Assembly: GCA_013426015.1 (NCBI GenBank)
Contig: CP058998.1
Span: 920,142-984,141 of the forward strand
DNA: 64,000 nucleotides
Origin: Candidatus Fermentimicrarchaeum limneticum
GTDB taxonomy: Archaea > Micrarchaeota > Micrarchaeia > Burarchaeales > Fermentimicrarchaeaceae
Direction: 5' to 3'
A program made the translations under genes and the position numbers. Below are positions 47,765 through 55,705 of the stretch, one piece after another; the first letter of the stretch is position 1, and each line of letters begins with the position of its first letter. Under the pieces are notes generated by a model. The model was not told the DNA's origin and ran no database searches. It saw nothing but the letters and a program-made list of their open reading frames with translations.

Positions 47765-48214
47765 TTATGCCTTAGTCACCCTGAAACCTTCAGTAACCTT
47801 CTTCACAAGTTGGTGGAAGACGAAACCCCTGTGCTTCAGATCAAGGAAGAGCTGCACGGAATTGTCGCTCCTTATCAGGTCAAATACCTTCACCCTGTCC
47901 CTCACAGGGGCAAGCAGAACGTCAATGTCAATGGGATGCCCCCTCTCACCACCTGAAATGGTAATCATGCCAATCCCCCTTGTGACATAGAACTCCACGT
48001 CCCCCTTCGCAACCTTGTCAAGTATCTTCAAGGCCCTCTCGTACTCAGTCTCCTTAACGTAGAACTTCAGCTTATCCTTCTCAAGCATTATACCGTAGAT
48101 GCTTATGCCGGCCTTCCCCAATGAGCCAAGTACGTTGACAAGCACCCTGTGGCTCTTAGGGTTGCCTTTAACGACAACATTCGCAAGCGCGTGCTTCAGC
48201 ATCTTCAGTTCCAT
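47765..48214 (-). CDS. Tandem ACT-like domain protein
   Basis: LGKAGISIYGI..LKFYV and GMITISG resemble aspartokinase C-terminal ACT repeats; no kinase domain. Confidence 0.65.
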   Translation of the reverse strand: MELKMLKHALANVVVKGNPKSHRVLVNVLGSLGKAGISIYGIMLEKDKLKFYVKETEYERALKILDKVAKGDVEFYVTRGIGMITISGGERGHPIDIDVLLAPVRDRVKVFDLIRSDNSVQLFLDLKHRGFVFHQLVKKVTEGFRVTKA

Positions 48215-48264
48215 GCCTAGTTATTTCTAATAATAAGTATTTAAAAATAACAGAAAGAACAGGC

Positions 48265-48984
48265 CTATTTCTCTACAACTATACCTTTTGGCCCTATGCT
48301 CATCGTCCTTGCAAGGAAATCGTGCTTGGTCAGCCTCATCTTCTCCACAACCATCGTTCTCTTGCCAAGCGCCTCTATCTTCGTCATCTTTATCACGCCG
48401 TCAACTAGATACTCACATGTTTCTTTGGCGCTCTCGAACGTCCTCTCCTCGTAGACATACACCACCGTGCTCGTGCCTGCCTCCCTCACCCTTCTTATGA
48501 ACCTTGTTGTCAATGCCCTCAGAAGCATGTCCTCAGAGATAGGTATGCCGCCAACCTTCTTTATCGCCTCGAATATCTGGTCAGCTACAAACTCCTCCCT
48601 GCTGAGAGGAAGCTTGCTCAGGAAAGAAGTAAGTGAGTCGACAACAACCCTTGTTGGCTTGAATGTCTTTATATCCGAAACAATCAACCCCTCCATGTCA
48701 GGCTCCCGGGTAATATCGTAATTCTTGAACTCGACTGGCAGCCCATCAAACTTCCACCCGAACATGTCTGCCTGCTGCCTCAAGCTGTCTTCTCCCTGCG
48801 TGAAGGAGACGTACATCCCTTTATCCTTGTACTGCTTTGCGCCGTTGTAGAGAAACTGCAGTCCAAAAATAGTCTTCAAAGTGCCTGGGGAGCCCTTCAC
48901 AAGTATGGCGGAACCCTCTGGGAATCCGCCTTCAACAATCTTATCCAGCTCTTCCATACCCGTCGCAATCCTCTTGAACGCCAT
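48265..48984 (-). CDS. Single-domain KaiC/RAD55-family ATPase
   Basis: TG..LD..GGFP, GSPGTLKT, RVVVDSLT, DGVI and KMR motifs. Confidence 0.9.
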   Translation of the reverse strand: MAFKRIATGMEELDKIVEGGFPEGSAILVKGSPGTLKTIFGLQFLYNGAKQYKDKGMYVSFTQGEDSLRQQADMFGWKFDGLPVEFKNYDITREPDMEGLIVSDIKTFKPTRVVVDSLTSFLSKLPLSREEFVADQIFEAIKKVGGIPISEDMLLRALTTRFIRRVREAGTSTVVYVYEERTFESAKETCEYLVDGVIKMTKIEALGKRTMVVEKMRLTKHDFLARTMSIGPKGIVVEK

Positions 48985-49046
48985 TTCCCCACCTCATTAC
49001 TGAGAGAGATTAGTGCATGAGGGTATTTATAAGTTTATGTAAGAAG

Positions 49047-49136
49047 TAGCGGGGCGTGGATTTGAACCACGGATCTCTGGGTTTCCCACGAAGGAGATAT
49101 GAGCCCAGCGGGCACTCCATGCTACCCTACCCCGCT
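49047..49136 (-). tRNA. Initiator tRNA-Met(CAT) with 15-nt intron at 37/38 (49083-49097)
   Basis: A1:U72 pair, three consecutive G-C pairs in the anticodon stem, anticodon CAT, BHB pairing. Confidence 0.92.
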
Positions 49137-49148
49137 GCAGAATATATT

Positions 49149-50009
49149 CTACTTCTCAACCTTTAAAAACTCAACTATGGGTTCGACGTTCCATCCCAAC
49201 TCCAACTTCCTTATCTTCTTTAAATCCACCCACATCGCAATGCTGTGCTCCATGCCGAACTTCACCTTCCCCTCTCCTTTTCCCTCAAATACGATATAAA
49301 CAGAATGCTTGTCCAGCTTACCTTTTTTATACACCTTGGAAGTTGTGCAGAGCAGCTTCATATTCTTAATTTTCAACCCAGTCTCCTCTTCAACCTCCCT
49401 TCTCACAGCCTTCTCAGGGGACTCACCCCACTCCACCCCTCCGCCAGGGAACTCCCACACCTTCGGCTCCCTTCTTTTCATAACAAGAATCCTCCCTTTC
49501 GAATCCCTCAAGACAGCGTAAACGTTCAGCTCCTGCACCCTACCCCTCATGGCATCAACCTCTTGTATCAGCTTAACCATCCTCTCATAAGCGGCATTCC
49601 TCCCAAGCAGCCTTTCAATCCTTTCTATCTTATCTTTATCTGAAAGCTTGTCAGCATAGCAGATAATCTTTTCTTCTAATGTCTCAGGAATGAAATTCTT
49701 GGCAGGCATTCCCATCCTCCCAGCTTCCTCTTTGCTTATCCCGCCAAGCACATGCCTCTCCGCAATCCTGGCAACCTCCTCCCCTTCCCCCTCCTTCCTG
49801 AGGATCCTCCCTCCAATATAACCATGCTCCAACCCATGCGTCATGCTTCTTCCTATATCATGAAGCAAAGCACCCTTCCCAACAAGCTTCAAATCAACCC
49901 CAAGCCCATTCTCTTCAAGCTCCTTTGCAACCTCAAGAGCAATCTTTCTAACCTTCTTTGAATGGGCAACAACACTCTTCGACACTTTGTACTTCAGAAA
50001 CAGGTCCAT
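49149..50009 (-). CDS. HD (HDIG) phosphohydrolase-NUDIX fusion
   Basis: LLHDIGR, RH, YADK; Nudix box GGGVEWGESPEKAVRREVEEETG. Confidence 0.88.
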   Translation of the reverse strand: MDLFLKYKVSKSVVAHSKKVRKIALEVAKELEENGLGVDLKLVGKGALLHDIGRSMTHGLEHGYIGGRILRKEGEGEEVARIAERHVLGGISKEEAGRMGMPAKNFIPETLEEKIICYADKLSDKDKIERIERLLGRNAAYERMVKLIQEVDAMRGRVQELNVYAVLRDSKGRILVMKRREPKVWEFPGGGVEWGESPEKAVRREVEEETGLKIKNMKLLCTTSKVYKKGKLDKHSVYIVFEGKGEGKVKFGMEHSIAMWVDLKKIRKLELGWNVEPIVEFLKVEK

Positions 50010-50030
50010 GCAGAAATTATAAAACAGCAA

Positions 50031-50666
50031 TTATTTAGATATTTCCTTCTTTTTCTCAACAAAAGCAAGCGGAGCGCCACAGTCAAGACATTTGAACTTA
50101 TTCTCAAACGCAACCTCAAAAGGAATCAGGACGCCCTCACCCTTCTTGCAGGAACTGCAACTGTAGAAGTCAAAGCTCTCCTCACCGACTTCCTTCAGGG
50201 GCAGCTCCTTCTTTTTCTCAAAAAGCTTGTCAGCATTCTGCAGGGACATCCTCCATATGTAGGAATACCATCCGCTGTCCTTGTCTCTCGTCCTCTCGTA
50301 GGAAGTCAGCCCCAACGAATGCAGCTTGTTCAGGACCGCCCTCACCTCGCTCAGTTTTATCCTGCACGCGTTAGCCAGATCCTCATCGCTCAACGGCTCC
50401 TCAAGAGCTTCTGCGACTGCGATGGCCTTCTCGCCGGCAACCTGCAGAATCAGATTCCTGATATGCTCCTCGGCAAGCTTTCCTGAAATAACCCTTCTTC
50501 TGGTTCTCTTCCTTCTAACTGGTCTAATCCCCAGAATTGGCTTCCTTGCAAACTTTCTGCGTATTCTTCTGGCAACCCCTGTCCTGCGCTTCCTTGCCGC
50601 AGCCACCGTTCTCCTCGCAGCCCTCTTCCTGACTCTGGAGCGCACCTTGCGCTTCCTCATCTTCAT
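50031..50666 (-). CDS. tfe: Transcription factor E (TFE-alpha) with Arg/Lys-rich N-terminal extension
   Basis: SDEDLA..VRAVLNKL..SGWYSYIW wHTH; CSSC...FKCLDCG zinc ribbon. Confidence 0.9.
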   Translation of the reverse strand: MKMRKRKVRSRVRKRAARRTVAAARKRRTGVARRIRRKFARKPILGIRPVRRKRTRRRVISGKLAEEHIRNLILQVAGEKAIAVAEALEEPLSDEDLANACRIKLSEVRAVLNKLHSLGLTSYERTRDKDSGWYSYIWRMSLQNADKLFEKKKELPLKEVGEESFDFYSCSSCKKGEGVLIPFEVAFENKFKCLDCGAPLAFVEKKKEISK

Positions 50667-50692
50667 GGGTAATATTATGGAGGAGATAATAT

Positions 50693-51208
50693 TTATACAT
50701 TAGCGTCAATCTGCTTGCCATGAGCCTGCGGCACTATCCTTAACTTTGCCTTTGGGAACCGCTTTTCAAGCTCCTTTCCTTCAAAAAACCTGTCTAGGAA
50801 AACTGCAAGCGCGGCAACCTCGGAATGAGGCTGGCCGGAAACAGATACGTTGAAATCAGCATTTTTGTATACCTCTGAAGGCACCTTCTCAGCCCCCACA
50901 ATGACGAGCAAATCCTTCTCTTTCCTCAAAACACCTATCCTGTCGTTCAAAGGCTCCCCGTACATGGTGAGATGCACGGTTTTGCCCTTCCAGCTCTTCA
51001 TAACGGAACGCCAGTCCTTCCTGTACTCAACCTCAAACTTTCCCCCCCATCTTTTGACAACCCCTCCGATACTCTTTATTATCGATTCATCCTTCTCACC
51101 GGAGAGGAATACTTTGTCAGCCCCCATGGCTCTGGCTGCCAAGCATATATGTGTAGTTATCCTGACGTCCCTCCCTACACGATGACCAAGCCTGAGAACG
51201 GCAAGCAT
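50693..51208 (-). CDS. tRNA (cytidine56-2'-O)-methyltransferase aTrm56
   Basis: LRLGHR..RD.RITTH, VHLTMYG, GAEKVP and QPHSEVAALA motifs. Confidence 0.95.
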   Translation of the reverse strand: MLAVLRLGHRVGRDVRITTHICLAARAMGADKVFLSGEKDESIIKSIGGVVKRWGGKFEVEYRKDWRSVMKSWKGKTVHLTMYGEPLNDRIGVLRKEKDLLVIVGAEKVPSEVYKNADFNVSVSGQPHSEVAALAVFLDRFFEGKELEKRFPKAKLRIVPQAHGKQIDANV

Positions 51209-51253
51209 AGTCAAACTTTTATATTATGCTGGCTATAAAGATTACCTTGCTGT

Positions 51254-51339
51254 GGGCCCGTAGCTCAGCTTGGCAGAGCGGTTGGCTCTTAAAAACTAGG
51301 GAAACCAATAGGTCGCGCGTTCAAATCGCGCCGGGCCCG
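51254..51339 (+). tRNA. tRNA-Lys(CTT) with 12-nt intron at 37/38 (51292-51303)
   Basis: Acceptor GGGCCCG/CGGGCCC, anticodon stem GTTGG/CCAAT, anticodon CTT, BHB pairing CTCT/AGGG. Confidence 0.92.
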
Positions 51340-51353
51340 TTTACGGTGATTCT

Positions 51354-52106
51354 GTGGAGATTACTTTTCTGGGAACAAGGGGATGGTATTCCAAGAAAGG
51401 GCAGACCTCCTGCATCTTGGTGGAGACGAAAGGGGGCAACTACCTTCTGGATGCGGGGACAGGCATATACTGGATAAACGAAATACTGGATTTTAGGAAG
51501 CCCACGTGCCTTCTGCTCTCCCACTTCCATCTGGACCATATTCTTGGGATAACAACGTTCCAAAAAACCTTCAAAGGAAAGGAGATCACGATATACGGAG
51601 AAAAAGGGGTGAAGAAAGCAGTCGACAGGATAATGAGAAAGCCCTTCTACCCATACTACTTCGACTCTGCCCTTTTTGACTTCAAGGTTAGGTTCAAGGA
51701 GCTGAAGAGAGAGCAGGAGATACTCGATTCAACCATAAAGACGGCGCACCTCTCCCATTCGGATCCGGTGCTTGGAATAAGAATTGAAAATGGCGGAAGG
51801 AGCTTCGTTTACGCAACTGACACCCTGCCCTGCAAAGCAACTTCCAAGCTTGCAAGGAACTGCGACGTGCTTGTCCACGAAACGTATTTCTCCGACCAAG
51901 ACTTGAAGAATGTGAAAATAAACACAGGGCACTCCTCACCGAAAGGGGCTGCGAGGATTGCTCTTGAGGCGAATGCAGGGAAGCTATTCCTCTTCCACAT
52001 AAATCCAGAATATGATAATGAGACAATCTCAAGGATGGTGAGGGATGCGAGAGGAGTTTTTAAGAACACCTTCGCGTCAAAAGATTTCATGAAGCTGAAG
52101 CTGTGA
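51354..52106 (+). CDS. Ribonuclease Z-like metallo-beta-lactamase
   Basis: FLGTRG, DAGTG, SHFHLDH, ATDT, HE, GHS and FH motifs. Confidence 0.8.
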   Translation: MEITFLGTRGWYSKKGQTSCILVETKGGNYLLDAGTGIYWINEILDFRKPTCLLLSHFHLDHILGITTFQKTFKGKEITIYGEKGVKKAVDRIMRKPFYPYYFDSALFDFKVRFKELKREQEILDSTIKTAHLSHSDPVLGIRIENGGRSFVYATDTLPCKATSKLARNCDVLVHETYFSDQDLKNVKINTGHSSPKGAARIALEANAGKLFLFHINPEYDNETISRMVRDARGVFKNTFASKDFMKLKL

Positions 52107-52110
52107 TTGC

Positions 52111-53637
52111 ATGGAGAAGGAACCTAGGCACTGGGTTGAAATCCTCAGTGACAGGATTGTCGCAGAGAAGGAGGAGCCTTACATAATAACCTCCGGCATA
52201 ACAACCAGCGGCAGCCTGCATGTCGGTACTCTCTGTGAGTTCCTCTTCTCATCCGCAATAGAACGATACCTGAAAGATAAAGGCTACCAGACCGAGTTTC
52301 ATTTCATAGCAGACATATACGATGCATTCGACGCGGTGCCAATCAACCTGATGAAATACGAAAAACAACTCACCCCGCATCTTGGAAAGCCGCTCTGCAA
52401 TGTTCCTGACCCAGAGGGATGCCACGAATCATACGGCGAGCACTTCTTCAGCGAGGCAATAGATGTCATGAAGATTCTAGAGGTCTCCCCAAAGCTGGAA
52501 AGGGCGAACCAGCTTTATTCAGAAGGGAGATTCGACTCTCTTGCGAAATTCTTCCTGAAAAACCACGAGGAGGCGAAGAAGGCTGTTTCCGAGTCTTCCC
52601 TGAAGCAGGAGCTTCCCGCAGAATGGAATGCATCAATGCCAGTGTGCCAGAACTGCGGCAGGATTGCGACCACAGTTGTGACCGAATTTGATGAGAACTC
52701 CTATTCCTACAAGGATACAAGGGATGTGGGTTACACGAAAGGATGCGGCTATGAAGGCGAGAACAAGCTCTCAGAGCACAAATACAAGCTCACCTGGAGG
52801 CTGCACTGGCCGTCCTGGATGGAGGTGTTCCACACATCTGTCGAAGGTGCAGGGGTTGACCACCACACAAGGGGAGGCTCGTGGGACACCGCGCTTGCGG
52901 TTTACAAAGACCTGTTCAAAAAAGAGCCGCCGATCGGCTACAAGTTCGGCTTCATCCTCCTAAAAGGAAAGAAGTACTCCAAGTCAAAAGGCATAGGTCT
53001 GGGTGTTACAGACATACTGGACTTAATCCCGCCAGAACTGATAAAATACACCTTGTTCAGGCCAGACATACAAGAGAACAAGGACATCGACCCGACCGGA
53101 TATAACTTGATGAGGGCGTTTGACGATTACGCCTATGCATCAAGAATTGACATATCAGGCAAGGAAGTCAGCCGGGCGGACAGGAAGAAGGCAATTGCAT
53201 TCTCCCTCTCAACAGATAGGATGAAATGGAAGGCTTCGTTTGCAGACCTGCTGATGTACAAGCAGCTCTACGGCGACTGGAGGAAGGTGGGCGAGCTGCT
53301 CCAAGATTCTGAGGGAGTGGAATACCTCAAACCATACGTCGAGAAGTGGATTGCAGAGGAGTTCGCCCCTGAGGAGTATGTCTTCTCCTTCCAGCCGACG
53401 AAGCAGAGCGATATGGCGTTGGTGAAGGAATTTGCAGGCAGGCTTCAGGATGCTATGAAAGCAATTGAAATACACAACCTCGTCTTTGAATTCGCAAGGG
53501 AGAAGGGAGTCAAGCCGGAGGACTTGTTCATGCAGCTCTACAGAGTGCTTCTCAACAAGGAGAAAGGCCCTCGCATGGGTAAGCTTATAGAGGCCATTGG
53601 AGTAAACAGAGTCAGGAGGACTATCGAGGGAATGTGA
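52111..53637 (+). CDS. lysS: Lysine-tRNA ligase class I
   Basis: SGSLHVG (HIGH), KLTWRLHW, KYSKSKG (KMSKS) and GPRMG motifs. Confidence 0.95.
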   Translation: MEKEPRHWVEILSDRIVAEKEEPYIITSGITTSGSLHVGTLCEFLFSSAIERYLKDKGYQTEFHFIADIYDAFDAVPINLMKYEKQLTPHLGKPLCNVPDPEGCHESYGEHFFSEAIDVMKILEVSPKLERANQLYSEGRFDSLAKFFLKNHEEAKKAVSESSLKQELPAEWNASMPVCQNCGRIATTVVTEFDENSYSYKDTRDVGYTKGCGYEGENKLSEHKYKLTWRLHWPSWMEVFHTSVEGAGVDHHTRGGSWDTALAVYKDLFKKEPPIGYKFGFILLKGKKYSKSKGIGLGVTDILDLIPPELIKYTLFRPDIQENKDIDPTGYNLMRAFDDYAYASRIDISGKEVSRADRKKAIAFSLSTDRMKWKASFADLLMYKQLYGDWRKVGELLQDSEGVEYLKPYVEKWIAEEFAPEEYVFSFQPTKQSDMALVKEFAGRLQDAMKAIEIHNLVFEFAREKGVKPEDLFMQLYRVLLNKEKGPRMGKLIEAIGVNRVRRTIEGM

Positions 53638-54629
53638 TGGACATAACGGAGTACATTGCATCGCGCGGTTCTGAGGTTGACAGGGAGATAGAGAAGGTCA
53701 TTCCCCGTAACAAGGAGCCCCAGGCAGTCTACGGAGTGATATGGGATCTGCTGGGCAGGGGAGGCAAGAGGTTCAGGCCTGTCATGTGTATGCTATCCTG
53801 CGAGGCGGTGGGAGGCGACTCGAAAAAGCTGCTTCCCATAGCGGCGTCAATTGAGATGTTCCACAACTTCACGCTTTCGCATGACGACATTGAGGACGAT
53901 TCCGAGATGAGGAGGGGGAAGCCCTGCCTGCACAAAATATACGGTGTGCCGCTTGCGGTAAACGCCGGCGATGGCTTATTTGCAATGGTATGGGAGACCT
54001 CCTTGCTGCTGGAAATGTCGCCCAAGAAAATTTTCGAGTCGCAGAAGATCCTCTCCGATACATTCAGAAGGGTGCTGGAGGGGCAGGGCATAGAGATAGA
54101 ATGGTACAGGAAGAACACCTTTGATGTCACGGAAGAGGATTACCTCAACATGGTTGCAGGCAAGACCGGTGCGTTGATTGCCGCATCATGCGACGTCGGC
54201 GCCTTCCTTGGCGGGGGAAAGAAGAGGCAGAGGAGGATACTGAGGGAGTTCGGCAATGCAGTGGGAATAGCCTTCCAGATTCAGGACGATGTTCTGAACA
54301 TAGTCGGGAAGGAGGAGAAATACGGGAAGGAGATAGGCGGCGACATAAGTGAGGGAAAGAGGACGCTGCTTGTCATACATACCCTAAGCAAAGCATCCCC
54401 AGAAGACCGGAAAAAGCTCATCTCAATTCTTTCCGAGAGGACAAAGGACCAGTCAAAAGTGCGGGAAGCAATAGAACTGCTGAAGAAGCACAACTCTCCG
54501 GAATACGCAAGGAAGAGGGCAGAAGACATTGTGAAGAAAGCAAAGAAGGGACTGGAGAAGCTGCCTCAGACGGACGCAAGGGAGAAGCTGCTGCAGCTTG
54601 CGGACTTCTTCATAAACAGGGAATTTTAG
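53634..54629 (+). CDS. idsA: Polyprenyl (geranylgeranyl) diphosphate synthase
   Basis: GGKRFRP, HDDIED..RRG, KTG and FQIQDD motifs. Confidence 0.92.
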   Translation: MMDITEYIASRGSEVDREIEKVIPRNKEPQAVYGVIWDLLGRGGKRFRPVMCMLSCEAVGGDSKKLLPIAASIEMFHNFTLSHDDIEDDSEMRRGKPCLHKIYGVPLAVNAGDGLFAMVWETSLLLEMSPKKIFESQKILSDTFRRVLEGQGIEIEWYRKNTFDVTEEDYLNMVAGKTGALIAASCDVGAFLGGGKKRQRRILREFGNAVGIAFQIQDDVLNIVGKEEKYGKEIGGDISEGKRTLLVIHTLSKASPEDRKKLISILSERTKDQSKVREAIELLKKHNSPEYARKRAEDIVKKAKKGLEKLPQTDAREKLLQLADFFINREF

Positions 54630-55705
54630 CCAATAGTCTTCTTGAATTTGTCAAAGAAATACTTAGAGTCCAGCGGGCCCGGGTTTGCCTCTGGGTGATA
54701 CTGGACTGAGAAGACAGGAAGTTCCTTGTGCCTCATACCCTCAACCGTCCCGTCATTGCAGTTTCTGTGCGTGACGATAAACTCTTTCGGCAGGCTCCTC
54801 TCGTCAACTGCATATCCATGGTTCTGGCTTGTTATGTAAACCCTTCCGCTTTCCAGATCCTTCACAGGATGATTGCTCCCCCTGTGGCCGAACTTCAGCT
54901 TGAATGTTCTGCCTCCAACCGCATGGGCAATTACCTGATGGCCTAAACATATCCCGAATACGGGGAGCCTTTCCGCAAGCTCCCTGACAGTTTTTGCAAG
55001 GTATGTAAGAAGCATTGGGTCCCCCGGACCGTTTGAAACAACAATCCCGTCAGGTTCCATTGCAAGAATCTCCTTCGCAGCTATCCTCGGAGGAACGCTT
55101 ACAACCGAGAGATCCCTCTCCACCAGCTCCCTCACTATGCTCATCTTCACCCCGCAGTCAATAAGGGCAACTTTTTTACCGCCGGCTTTGTATTCCTTCC
55201 TCTCCCTTGAGGCGACACGCTCAACAAAATCAATTTTTGAATAATCCAATCCTTTTGCTCGGTCAAGCAGCTCCCCGTAATCCGGCTCCCTGCCGGAATA
55301 CACAGAAAGGCATGCAGGCATCACCCCCGCATTCCTTATCCTCCTCACAATCATTCTTGTGTCAACATCACTGATTCCCGGAATGTTGAAGCGTGTCAGG
55401 AATTCATCCAACTTCTCTTTTGATTTCATGTGCTGGGGCTCTCCGCAGACCTCCCTTACGACAAAACCCATCACCTGAATCCTCCCAGACTCAAAATCCT
55501 CGCTGTTCACTCCGTAGTTTCCAATCAATGGATATGTAAGGGTGAGAATCTGCCCTGCGTATGAGGGGTCTGTAAGCGCCTCCTGGTAGCCGCAGAAGCT
55601 GGTGTTGAAGACCAGCTCGCCTTCTGAAACCGCCTCCGCCCCGAAACCCTTTCCGCGGAAGCAGGAGCCGTCACGCAGCACCAGCAGGGCTTTCTTCTCA
55701 GGCAT
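54626..55705 (-). CDS. carA: Carbamoyl-phosphate synthase small subunit
   Basis: GELVFNT..GYQE.LTDPSY, SNGPGDP, GICLGHQ and QYHPE motifs. Confidence 0.97.
   Translation of the reverse strand: MPEKKALLVLRDGSCFRGKGFGAEAVSEGELVFNTSFCGYQEALTDPSYAGQILTLTYPLIGNYGVNSEDFESGRIQVMGFVVREVCGEPQHMKSKEKLDEFLTRFNIPGISDVDTRMIVRRIRNAGVMPACLSVYSGREPDYGELLDRAKGLDYSKIDFVERVASRERKEYKAGGKKVALIDCGVKMSIVRELVERDLSVVSVPPRIAAKEILAMEPDGIVVSNGPGDPMLLTYLAKTVRELAERLPVFGICLGHQVIAHAVGGRTFKLKFGHRGSNHPVKDLESGRVYITSQNHGYAVDERSLPKEFIVTHRNCNDGTVEGMRHKELPVFSVQYHPEANPGPLDSKYFFDKFKKTIG

Noticed and set aside
38040..49136. Integrative element at the 3' end of tRNA-iMet carrying the V4R/KaiC locus
   Set aside because: I found no duplicated tRNA 3' end (att site) and no integrase by eye.
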